A stretch of DNA of 61,786 nt from an uncultured Alphaproteobacteria bacterium (lineage in GTDB: Bacteria > Pseudomonadota > Alphaproteobacteria > CAAHEQ01 > UBA3637): positions 1 to 61,786 of the forward strand of contig CAJOPC010000019.1 in the NCBI GenBank assembly GCA_905236245.1, read 5' to 3'. The notes under the pieces are model-generated. The model was not told the origin of the DNA. It saw only the letters and a program-made list of their open reading frames with translations, and searched no databases. Within the stretch, counting starts at the first letter, position 1; each line of letters starts with the position of its first letter. Position numbers and translations under genes: made by a program. Shown here in pieces: positions 16,431 to 24,347 of this stretch.

Positions 16431-16460
16431 AATAAAACTGGGGGCAATTGATGCCCCCAG
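16431..16460 (-). terminator. rho-independent terminator of the OMP gene
   Basis: CTGGGGGCA-attga-TGCCCCCAG perfect 9-bp stem, followed on the minus strand by TTTTATT. Confidence 0.65.
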
Positions 16461-16467
16461 GGTGGTT

Positions 16468-17355
16468 TCATCGGATTGTACCACTGTATTTAAGACCTAG
16501 CAGGCCTGTTGTTTCCTGGTCACTTCCGATTTTTTCTTGGACTGCTGTCACGAGGGTGAAGTTTGACCCTAGTTTATAGCTTGCCCCTGCCGTTAGTAGA
16601 GCGCAGGACTCCTTTTTCTCTGGCCAAGTCATTTGGGCTCCTCCGAAGAGAGTTAGGTTGGCTGTTAGCTTGTGGCTGGCAGTGAGTAGAGTGGTTGTTT
16701 CATCCTCTTTGTAGAAGCCTTCAGCCACCGTTGTTGTCGTGTCTGTCGGTTGCCATTTGATAGTCGCACCCGCTCGGGAGAGTCCTTTCCCATCTCCTGC
16801 CACTTGGAGTTGGATAGCCCATTCTTCACTTAGCTCTCTTGCCCAACCTAGCAGTGTTTGATCTAGATTGCTCAGTTTTAGATTACCGTTTGGGCTCACT
16901 TGACCTAGGCTTAGGCCTGTTCCTTTATGCGTTAGGATCATCCCTGAGTAGTTTCTGGTTGTTCCTTTGCCGGCCCCTTGGTTGTCGAAGCTGCTTGTTG
17001 TTGGTGTGCAGAGGTGCCCCGCGTATTGGCGTGTATTTGTTCGCCCGATTTCGAATGCCCATTCCTCATTTTCAGCCTGGACTTTACTAGCCACAGTTGA
17101 CCATGCGCTGTCCGTTCCTGGGTTATTTTCTTCGCGGTAGAAGGCTCCGTAGTATCCCAGTTTGTAACCATCTTTTTCCCAAGTGATTTCGGGTTGAAGA
17201 CTGATCCCGATGTAGTTTTTCGGGGTGGTGTCTTGTTCTGTGACGGCGAAGACACCAAGACCGGGGTTGATCTTATCCGCTTCTTGAGCTTTTGCGGTTG
17301 CGGTCAACAGGGTTCCTGTGATAGCCAGGAGTCTGATGATTTTGTTGTGTCTCAT
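16468..17355 (-). CDS. outer-membrane beta-barrel/porin-like protein, compositionally foreign
   Basis: Signal peptide MRHNKIIRLLAITGTLLTATAKAQEA and alternating beta-strand patterning rich in G/T/Y. Hand-counted 60-nt lines give 50-55% GC, against about 35% in the neighbouring CDS. Confidence 0.6.
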   Translation of the reverse strand: MRHNKIIRLLAITGTLLTATAKAQEADKINPGLGVFAVTEQDTTPKNYIGISLQPEITWEKDGYKLGYYGAFYREENNPGTDSAWSTVASKVQAENEEWAFEIGRTNTRQYAGHLCTPTTSSFDNQGAGKGTTRNYSGMILTHKGTGLSLGQVSPNGNLKLSNLDQTLLGWARELSEEWAIQLQVAGDGKGLSRAGATIKWQPTDTTTTVAEGFYKEDETTTLLTASHKLTANLTLFGGAQMTWPEKKESCALLTAGASYKLGSNFTLVTAVQEKIGSDQETTGLLGLKYSGTIR

Positions 17356-17370
17356 GTTTTTACCTTTCGT

Positions 17371-17404
17371 TAAAAAAATCCCCCCAGCTGTTAGTTGGAG
17401 GGAT
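17371..17404 (-). terminator. terminator-like hairpin in the OMP 5' leader
   Basis: Plus strand: ATCCCCCCA/TGGAGGGAT (one mismatch). In the minus-strand RNA this gives the hairpin ATCCCTCCA/TGGGGGGAT followed by TTTTTTT, 16 nt before the OMP start. Confidence 0.4.
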
Positions 17405-17438
17405 TTTGATTATTTGGTTTTGTTTGTCGTTTTTTCAT
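17391..17438 (-). promoter_or_regulatory. 15-aa mini-ORF overlapping the 5' arm of the leader hairpin
   Basis: SD AAAGG precedes an ATG encoding MKKRQTKPNNQNPSN. The stop codon falls in the hairpin loop. Confidence 0.25.
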
Positions 17439-17488
17439 GGTTACCTTTATTTTTGTTTTATTGATGGGGATACTGTGTTTATGCTATG

Positions 17489-17605
17489 TCATTTTACCTC
17501 CTTATCGATATTTGGGGTTGAAAAAAGCCCCCTTATTTCTAAGAGGGCTTTTGAAAATGATTCTTCTTGTGATGTCCACCGTCTGTTATTTTTCCAGGTT
17601 TTCAT
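17489..17605 (-). CDS. 38-aa small ORF or leader peptide
   Basis: SD AAAGGAGAA 6 nt before the ATG. Sequence MKTWKNNRRWTSQEESFSKALLEIRGLFSTPNIDKEVK. It has its own consensus-like promoter and contains a terminator-like hairpin. Confidence 0.3.
   Translation of the reverse strand: MKTWKNNRRWTSQEESFSKALLEIRGLFSTPNIDKEVK
17519..17550 (-). terminator. terminator-like hairpin inside the small ORF
   Basis: AAGCCCCCTTA/TAAGAGGGCTT (one mismatch), followed on the minus strand by TTTTTT. Confidence 0.4.
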
Positions 17606-17634
17606 CGCAAGTTCTCCTTTTATTGCGATAAGGA

Positions 17635-17663
17635 ATTGTATCACAAACAATTTTCTTTGTCAA
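17635..17663 (-). promoter_or_regulatory. sigma70-type promoter
   Basis: The minus strand reads TTGACA-17 nt-TACAAT. Confidence 0.5.
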
Positions 17664-17717
17664 GCGTTTTTTTTATTTAATATAAAAGTATGAGATAGGA
17701 TAGTCGGCTTGTTTTAA

Positions 17718-18491
17718 TTATTCATTTTGCCCTTCACAGCGCTTTTTTAAAGTCTCTTTATCCACTTTTTCTTTAGCGAGTTTGTTTTGAACTTGTTTGA
17801 TAATTGTCACAAAATAGGGGTTTTCTCTTTCCCATTTATGTCCATTGACAATCTCTGGGCCTCGTTCTATTGGATAATTTTCGTAACCACTTTGTTCAAT
17901 GAGTTGTTTGGTTAAAGGCGGCACATCAAAAAAGAGAGATTCAACTTCGTATTGTGCAAACAGTTTTACTTTATCTGCATCTGATAATTTAGACATATCA
18001 ACTTTGTTTTCAACAAAATCTGCCAACATATCCATACCACAAACACGTAGTTGTTGCGGATAGCCATCAGCTTCAATTTCTCGACGAAGGCATCCCAGGT
18101 GAATAAGTTCCAAATCATCATTGATTGTGACAACATCATCAAATGCTTGATATTTTTTGCTCATTAAAAAATCTTCAAGCTTTGGTGATAAATTTGCAGG
18201 ATGAGATGGAGCTTCTTTTAAAAGGACTTCAAAGATGTTTGAAAATTCTGTTTTGTTTTCGATATTGTATCTTTGTACAATTTCTTCTGCTTTGAGCATG
18301 CGTTCGTCAAAGCTTTTACCACGAAAATCTTGTTCATGTATGGGGCTGTGTTGGACTTGTTGTACCATAGGTGCGTGATTAGGTTTTGTTTGCCCATCAA
18401 TTTCTGCACGTGCTATACCTCCAGCCATCAAAAGGGCAGAGGTGGCCCAAGGGGTTATATAAGAAGCTATTTTTTGACGTAACGATTTCAT
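17718..18491 (-). CDS. hypothetical secreted protein
   Basis: ATG at 18491 with SD AAAGGTG. Signal-like N-terminus MKSLRQKIASYITPWATSALLMAGGIARA. Confidence 0.5.
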   Translation of the reverse strand: MKSLRQKIASYITPWATSALLMAGGIARAEIDGQTKPNHAPMVQQVQHSPIHEQDFRGKSFDERMLKAEEIVQRYNIENKTEFSNIFEVLLKEAPSHPANLSPKLEDFLMSKKYQAFDDVVTINDDLELIHLGCLRREIEADGYPQQLRVCGMDMLADFVENKVDMSKLSDADKVKLFAQYEVESLFFDVPPLTKQLIEQSGYENYPIERGPEIVNGHKWERENPYFVTIIKQVQNKLAKEKVDKETLKKRCEGQNE

Positions 18492-18536
18492 AGTATGCAC
18501 CTTTGTCAATAGGCGGTATGTGAACAAGTTGCCGAT

Positions 18537-19397
18537 TTATTTAGTTTTGCCCCTATATGATTTGATCATAAAGGAGGAAGATGCTTGTTCAATGCTTCCT
18601 AATAAGCCATATCTGTCTTTCCACTTCTTAAAGGGCGCTTCGTATTCAATCCAATCGCCAAAGCCTCTTTTTTCATGAAATTTTAAGGAAAGTTGTCCGA
18701 CATCGCTTGTATTGATTTCGCCAGTGCATAAGCCATAGCAAATTCCTTCTGTGCCAAAATGACGCAAATAATAAGCATCTGTTATATTCATAAAGCGCAT
18801 GCCAACATGAGAGCCTTGGATATCTGGATCAATAACGACTGTGTCATGGTAAAGCAAACGCTGATTTTCTGGCACGTGGAACTCTTCTCTGCCGTCCTTA
18901 GAATCGTCGAAACAAAATGTTGCAAAGCCCACAGGAATAGGGTGAGTTGGACCATGAGTTTTGATGTCTTCCAAAACCCATAAATCATGTGTGGCACAAT
19001 ATTTTTCGTAATCACCAGGAGCTTTAAAATAATCCGGGAAATTATTTTGATAACGACCTAAAAGTTGATACAACTGTTTAAATTCTTCTTCGTTAAATTC
19101 TAATTCGAAAAACAAGTTAGTAGCTTTTGGTTCGATGGAAGTCGCCGTTGAATGTAATGAAAACTCTCCCTTTGGTGTAATAGTGCTATATTTAACAATT
19201 CTATAACCATCCTTCAACAGAGCTTCCGCCATTTCATCTATTTGAGTCCAAGTTAGCTGATGCTTTTTTTTGTTCTCCTCACTCATTGTCCCATCCCAAT
19301 ACTTGAAAATCTGAGACTCGTTGGGATTTCCATAAAGTCTTTGCATTCTTGAATCCCAAGAATGATTATTTCCTGGTGAAGTGTTACGAATTGTCAT
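18537..19397 (-). CDS. hypothetical protein with a C-terminal GNAT-like acetyltransferase fold
   Basis: VVIDPDIQGSHVGMRFMNITDAYYL resembles GNAT motif A (Q/R-x-x-G-x-G/A). SD GGGAGGAAA. Confidence 0.45.
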   Translation of the reverse strand: MTIRNTSPGNNHSWDSRMQRLYGNPNESQIFKYWDGTMSEENKKKHQLTWTQIDEMAEALLKDGYRIVKYSTITPKGEFSLHSTATSIEPKATNLFFELEFNEEEFKQLYQLLGRYQNNFPDYFKAPGDYEKYCATHDLWVLEDIKTHGPTHPIPVGFATFCFDDSKDGREEFHVPENQRLLYHDTVVIDPDIQGSHVGMRFMNITDAYYLRHFGTEGICYGLCTGEINTSDVGQLSLKFHEKRGFGDWIEYEAPFKKWKDRYGLLGSIEQASSSFMIKSYRGKTK

Positions 19398-19428
19398 AGA
19401 TTTCCTCCCAATATTGTGAGTTAGAAAC

Positions 19429-19503
19429 TGGCGACCCTAACGAGATTTGAACTCGTATACCGGCCTTGAGAGGGCCGTATCCTAACCGTTAGATGATAGG
19501 GTC
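19429..19503 (-). tRNA. tRNA-Glu (CTC)
   Basis: Acceptor stem GACCCTA/TAGGGTC, discriminator G, CCA. Anticodon stem CGGCC/GGCCG with loop CTCTCAA. T-arm ACGAG-TTCAAAT-CTCGT. Confidence 0.85.
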
Positions 19504-19523
19504 TATAGTGGATAACTAATAAG

Positions 19524-19551
19524 ATTATACACGAAAAAAACTTTTTTGCAA
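19524..19551 (-). promoter_or_regulatory. tRNA-Glu promoter (35-nt block identical to 51035-51069)
   Basis: The minus strand reads TTGCAA-16 nt-TATAAT. Confidence 0.55.
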
Positions 19552-19556
19552 GTATT

Positions 19557-20417
19557 TTATAATGAAAAATCGAGAGAAATTGTCTTGCTTAAAGTTTGCT
19601 TTGCTCCAATACTTTGAATGCCCGTGCCAATGACACCATAAGAGGCTAAGTTAAAGGCATTCGGCGTATTGCTGATAGGTTCCAAACAAAAGAATGTAGC
19701 TTGTTTGGGCTTGTATAACAACAAGTGATGGAAAATATCCGGCGCATTTATTTTTATGGTCAGATGATTTGAATATTGAATTGTTGCTTGACCATCCCAA
19801 CCACCAAAGGCCGTATTAAAATCTTCTTGAATCGTTTTTCCAGAAGAAAAATTCCACTCTGCAGGTGTAGGGTAGGGTCGATCAAAAATGGGATCGTTTT
19901 GGTGATACCATATATGAGAGCTATTAAAAGTTAAAAGAGCCTTTTCATCCATAATAAAGTAAGGATGAATGCCTAAACCACACGGAAATGGCATATTAGA
20001 AGGATTTGTTAAACTGAGCGTTATATCCAATCCGTCATTTCTCAAGGCAAAAATAATCTTTGCTTTGTAATCAAATGGAAAACCATTCTTTTTATTATGC
20101 GTATAGGTCAAGGTCACGGAATCACGTGTTTCTTTCTCTACAGTCCATGAAGCTAGCCAACCATCTCCGTGGATTGGATGTTTAAGATCCGGTTGATTTG
20201 GCGGCACGATGCGATTGATTCCAAAATAATTAAAATGACCATCTTGAATATAGCTACAATAAGGCAACATCGGGAATAGGGCACCGGCTTGAGGTGATGA
20301 AATATCCGGAGCAGAGGGACGTAAAACATTTATGCCTTTGTATATTAGAGAAAGAACTGTAGCTCCTTGTTCCGGAGATAAATAAAGCTGTATATCTTTA
20401 TTTTTCAAAGCAATCAT
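19557..20417 (-). CDS. aldose 1-epimerase family protein
   Basis: FPMLPYCSYI, HPIHGDGW and GLGIHPYF mutarotase-like motifs. Confidence 0.8.
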   Translation of the reverse strand: MIALKNKDIQLYLSPEQGATVLSLIYKGINVLRPSAPDISSPQAGALFPMLPYCSYIQDGHFNYFGINRIVPPNQPDLKHPIHGDGWLASWTVEKETRDSVTLTYTHNKKNGFPFDYKAKIIFALRNDGLDITLSLTNPSNMPFPCGLGIHPYFIMDEKALLTFNSSHIWYHQNDPIFDRPYPTPAEWNFSSGKTIQEDFNTAFGGWDGQATIQYSNHLTIKINAPDIFHHLLLYKPKQATFFCLEPISNTPNAFNLASYGVIGTGIQSIGAKQTLSKTISLDFSL

Positions 20418-21451
20418 TTAGCTTTCACCTTTTTCTTTTTTGCTGTTGGAGTTTTCTTTGGTTCGTCCAAGCGCGCCCATGCCGATCCTAACAAATCTTC
20501 AATGGTGTCAGAATCTTTCTTAAAGGCAGAACTTGTATATTTTAAAGATAAGGCCGTGTTTTTGGATTTTTGGCCGTATTCATCCAATTGTTGAGTAAGA
20601 CGCTTCATTAAAAAAGGAACATTCTTAGCAGGTGTTTCAGGCAATATAAAGGCAAACTCTACATCACCAATTCGTCCAATATAATCAACAGAACGAACAA
20701 CATGTCTCAAAAGCTGAGTGACAGCTATCAACTGTTGATCGGAAAAGTCGGTTGAACCATTATCCAAAAAACGAACAATTGCAATGGACAAATCTCGATG
20801 ATAGCGTTTTGCACGTTTAAGCTCTGTTGTGCCAACCTCTAAAAGCGCATGCCGATTTAAAACGCCAGTTTGTGGATCAATAGTGGACAGATACTGCAAT
20901 TCTGCTTCCATTTGTTTGCGCTTTGTAATATCAAAGCCCACGGCATCAACGGCAATAGGGCGTCCATTTTTATTATAAATAATTTTGTTCGTCCATGATA
21001 TCCAAATACGATCTCCGGCCTTTGTTTTTGCCTCTGTTTCGGAATCGATAAACAAACTTGGATTCTTAAAAATACGCTGTATAATGCTTTCAGTGCCTTT
21101 TTCTGTCTCTGGTAAAATAGTTCCCACAACATTCTTTCCCATCAAGGCACGCCAAGAATAACCAAAGCGTCGCAACAATTCTTCATTTGCGTCTGTAATT
21201 TTGCCCTTTGAATCAAAAGATAAAATGACAGGATGGCTATTTTTCTGGAAAAGCGGGCCTAAAGGATTTTTGGCCATTTCAGCAAAATAATCGGCTTCAT
21301 TTGTGAGCCTTGCTTTTTCCTCCAATAACTGATTCATAACAAAATGCAAATGCTTTAACCTACGCCATAACCATAAAGAAACAACGGCCAAAAGAATAGG
21401 CGATAAAGCTAATCCGACCAAAATCGGTAAAGCTACGTAATCAGATCCCAT
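20414..21451 (-). CDS. membrane-anchored PAS-GGDEF protein with a degenerate GGDEF site
   Basis: Strong SD AAAGGAGGAG before the ATG at 21451 (the track start at 21553 is over-extended). It has a TM helix, a PAS domain (FDSKGKITDANEELLRRFGY) and DPQTGVLNRHAL. The active site reads RIGDVEF instead of RxGGDEF. Confidence 0.75.
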   Translation of the reverse strand: MGSDYVALPILVGLALSPILLAVVSLWLWRRLKHLHFVMNQLLEEKARLTNEADYFAEMAKNPLGPLFQKNSHPVILSFDSKGKITDANEELLRRFGYSWRALMGKNVVGTILPETEKGTESIIQRIFKNPSLFIDSETEAKTKAGDRIWISWTNKIIYNKNGRPIAVDAVGFDITKRKQMEAELQYLSTIDPQTGVLNRHALLEVGTTELKRAKRYHRDLSIAIVRFLDNGSTDFSDQQLIAVTQLLRHVVRSVDYIGRIGDVEFAFILPETPAKNVPFLMKRLTQQLDEYGQKSKNTALSLKYTSSAFKKDSDTIEDLLGSAWARLDEPKKTPTAKKKKVKAK

Positions 21452-21551
21452 GACTCCTCCTTTTTTGTCAGGATATTCTTTTTTTCTTATCCTTGCAAGT
21501 AAAAAATGCTTTTTCTTGACTTTTTTTGCAAAATTTGGCATATTATAGCGC

Positions 21552-22991
21552 ATGAAAAAGCAAAAATCAGATTTGTTGGATGTTGTGAATACTCCCTATA
21601 AAGAGGGTTTTGAAACAATCGTAGATACCGAGTATGCCCCAAAGGGGTTGACCGAAGAAGTTATTCGTTTTATTTCTGCAAAAAAGGAAGAGCCGGATTG
21701 GCTTTTGGATTTTCGCTTAAAGGCTTTTCGTCATTGGCAAACGATGACAGAGCCACATTGGTTCCATGGACATTATGATCCGATTGATTATCAAAACATT
21801 TATTATTACAGCTCCCCCCATAAAAAGGCGCCCAAGTCATTAGATGAGGTGGATCCAGAGGTTTTAAAGACATATGAAAAATTGGGTATTCCTTTAAAGG
21901 AACAAAAGGTCTTGGCCGGAGTGGCTGTGGATGCGATATTTGATAGTACATCGATTGGAACAACTTATAAAGAAGAGTTGAAAAAACGCGGGATTTTGTT
22001 TTGTTCATTTAATGAAGCAGTACATGAATATCCCGAATTGGTAAAAGAATATTTGGGGTCTGTGGTGCCATATACAGACAACTTTTTTGCATGTTTGAAT
22101 AGCGCTGTGTTTTCCGATGGATCTTTTGTATATATCCCAAAGGGTGTTGAATGCCCGATGGAATTATCCAGCTATTTCCGTATCAACGCACGTCAGGCAG
22201 GGCAATTTGAACGCACATTGATTATTGCGGATGAAGAGTCTTCCGTTAGTTATTTGGAAGGTTGCACAGCGCCACAACGGGATGAAAACCAATTGCATGC
22301 GGCTATTGTAGAAATTATTGTGAAAGACCGCGCCAATGTGAAATATTCCACCGTTCAAAACTGGTATCCTGGTGATAAAAATGGTAAAGGTGGTGTGTAT
22401 AATTTGGTGACCAAGCGTGGGCTTGTCATGAATGATGCAAAATTATCGTGGACTCAGGTAGAAACAGGTTCGGCTATTACTTGGAAATATCCCGGTTGTA
22501 TTTTAAAGGGTGACAATGCTGTAGGTGAATTTTATTCGGTGGCACTGACTAATAATTATCAGCAAGCAGATACTGGGACAAAAATGATTCACTTGGGAAA
22601 GAATACGACTTCTACAATTATTTCAAAGGGAATATCGGCCGGATCTAGTTCTAATACTTATCGTGGGCTGGTAAAGATGAGCCCAAATGCTGAAAATGCA
22701 AAAAATGTTAGCAAGTGTGATAGCCTTTTGATTGGTGATAAATGTGGAGCGCATACAATTCCGGTTATGCAATGTGCTAATGAAACGGCCACAATAGAGC
22801 ATGAGGCAACAACAAGTAAAATCAGTGAAGAACAATTGTTTTATGCCATGCAAAGAGGGCTTTCTGCCGAAGAAGCTGTGGGTTTAATTGTAAATGGTTT
22901 TTGTCGTGAAATTATGCAAAAACTACCCCTTGAATTTGCGATAGAAGCACAAAAATTGATTGGAGTCCAATTGGAAGGATCTGTGGGATAG
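21552..22991 (+). CDS. sufB: Fe-S cluster assembly protein SufB
   Basis: The full-length SufB pattern is recognisable (YKEGF...[22 protein letters not shown]..., C-terminal beta-helix). Confidence 0.95.
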   Translation: MKKQKSDLLDVVNTPYKEGFETIVDTEYAPKGLTEEVIRFISAKKEEPDWLLDFRLKAFRHWQTMTEPHWFHGHYDPIDYQNIYYYSSPHKKAPKSLDEVDPEVLKTYEKLGIPLKEQKVLAGVAVDAIFDSTSIGTTYKEELKKRGILFCSFNEAVHEYPELVKEYLGSVVPYTDNFFACLNSAVFSDGSFVYIPKGVECPMELSSYFRINARQAGQFERTLIIADEESSVSYLEGCTAPQRDENQLHAAIVEIIVKDRANVKYSTVQNWYPGDKNGKGGVYNLVTKRGLVMNDAKLSWTQVETGSAITWKYPGCILKGDNAVGEFYSVALTNNYQQADTGTKMIHLGKNTTSTIISKGISAGSSSNTYRGLVKMSPNAENAKNVSKCDSLLIGDKCGAHTIPVMQCANETATIEHEATTSKISEEQLFYAMQRGLSAEEAVGLIVNGFCREIMQKLPLEFAIEAQKLIGVQLEGSVG

Positions 22992-22999
22992 GAGGAAAG

Positions 23000-23743
23000 A
23001 TGACTGCATTATTAGAAATTAAAAATTTACATGCTAAAGTGGGTGATAAAGAGATTTTGAAAGGCTTAAATTTGACGATTGATGCTGGTGAGGTCTGTGC
23101 GATTATGGGGCCAAATGGTTGTGGCAAAAGCACGTTGTCTGCCGTGATTTCTGGTCATCCTGCCTATACTGTGACAGAAGGTGAAATTTTGTTTAAAGGC
23201 GAAGATTTATTAAAGATGACGCCGGATGAGCGCGCGAACAAAGGTGTATTTTTGGCTTTCCAACACCCGATTGAATTACCAGGAGTAGGGTTAGCTCAGT
23301 TTTTAAAGACCGCTTTAAATGCTAAAAGAAAGGCTAATGGTGAAGAGCCTATTGATGCGGTGGCGTTCATGAAATATATGAATGTACGCGCAACGGCTTT
23401 AGGCATTTCCAATGAGATGTTGAAACGCCCCGTCAATGTAGGATTTTCGGGGGGCGAAAAGAAACGCCTTGAAACTTTCCAAATGGCGATGTTGGAGCCT
23501 GACTTTTGTATTTTAGATGAAATGGATTCTGGTTTAGATGTAGATGCTTTAAAGATTGTCGGGCAGGGGGTTTCCGTGATGAGAGAGCCCAAGCGTAGTT
23601 TTATGATTATTACGCACCATGATGATTTGTTGCAATATGTGAAGCCAGATAAAGTTTCCATTATGCGTGATGGCGTGATTGTCAAAACGGCTGGTTCTGA
23701 ATTAGTCAAGGAAGTGGAGGAGTCTGGCTATGACAATTTCTAA
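23000..23743 (+). CDS. sufC: Fe-S cluster assembly ATPase SufC
   Basis: Walker A GPNGCGKST, signature FSGGEKKR and Walker B ILDEMDSGLD. Confidence 0.95.
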   Translation: MTALLEIKNLHAKVGDKEILKGLNLTIDAGEVCAIMGPNGCGKSTLSAVISGHPAYTVTEGEILFKGEDLLKMTPDERANKGVFLAFQHPIELPGVGLAQFLKTALNAKRKANGEEPIDAVAFMKYMNVRATALGISNEMLKRPVNVGFSGGEKKRLETFQMAMLEPDFCILDEMDSGLDVDALKIVGQGVSVMREPKRSFMIITHHDDLLQYVKPDKVSIMRDGVIVKTAGSELVKEVEESGYDNF

Positions 23744-24347
23744 TCCATTTTTAATCCATACACAAGAAAATGTGATTGTAAAAAATCCAGATGATAAATC
23801 ATGGGTTTTTGAGGTGGGTGAAAATGGTAATTTATGGGTTGACTTTTTGCAAACGACGGATGATTTGAATGTATTTGTCAGCTTGCAAGCTGAAGAAGCA
23901 AAATGCAAAATAAATTGTGCATATTTAATAAATAAAAACAATATGTTAAATATTGATATTAAAGTTTTGCATAAATATAAAAATACAACCTCTGAACAGC
24001 ATATAAAGGGGATCGCGACGGACGAAAGCAGCGTGTCATTTAAAGGTATTGTGGAGATTCCAAAAGATAGTCAAAAATGTGATGGTCGACAACATCATCG
24101 AGGAGTGGTTTTGTCCCCAAAAGCAAAAATTGAAGCGGTGCCACAATTGGAAATTTGGGCGGATGATGTGGTGTGTTCTCACGGCTCGGCGATTGGTCCG
24201 TTAGATGCCAACCAATTGTTTTATTTGCAAACGCGAGGACTTCCTGAGCACGAAGCAAAGAAAATCTTGTTAAATTCGTTTCTTGGGGACTTGATGCCAG
24301 AGGAATTTTCTGATATAATCCAAGGATGGATGGATAAAAATGTTTAA
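23730..24347 (+). CDS. sufD: SufD-like protein, about half normal length
   Basis: 205 aa, matching only the C-terminal SufB/D beta-helix and helical part (GRQHHRGVVLS..., IWADDVVCSHGSAIGPLD, QLFYLQTRGL). It overlaps sufC and sufS. Confidence 0.7.
   Translation: MTISNPFLIHTQENVIVKNPDDKSWVFEVGENGNLWVDFLQTTDDLNVFVSLQAEEAKCKINCAYLINKNNMLNIDIKVLHKYKNTTSEQHIKGIATDESSVSFKGIVEIPKDSQKCDGRQHHRGVVLSPKAKIEAVPQLEIWADDVVCSHGSAIGPLDANQLFYLQTRGLPEHEAKKILLNSFLGDLMPEEFSDIIQGWMDKNV

Noticed and set aside
16839-17258. The 83-aa (+) and 106-aa (-) ORFs overlapping the OMP gene.
   Set aside because: They are artefacts of the locally high GC, which reduces stop-codon frequency. Their translations are Pro/Gly/Arg-rich low-complexity sequence.
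17486-17497. A two-codon ORF (ATG ACA TAG) directly behind AAGGAGGT at the end of the 38-aa small ORF.
   Set aside because: It is too short to assess. The SD-like sequence is simply part of the small ORF's last codons (GAT AAG GAG GTA AAA).
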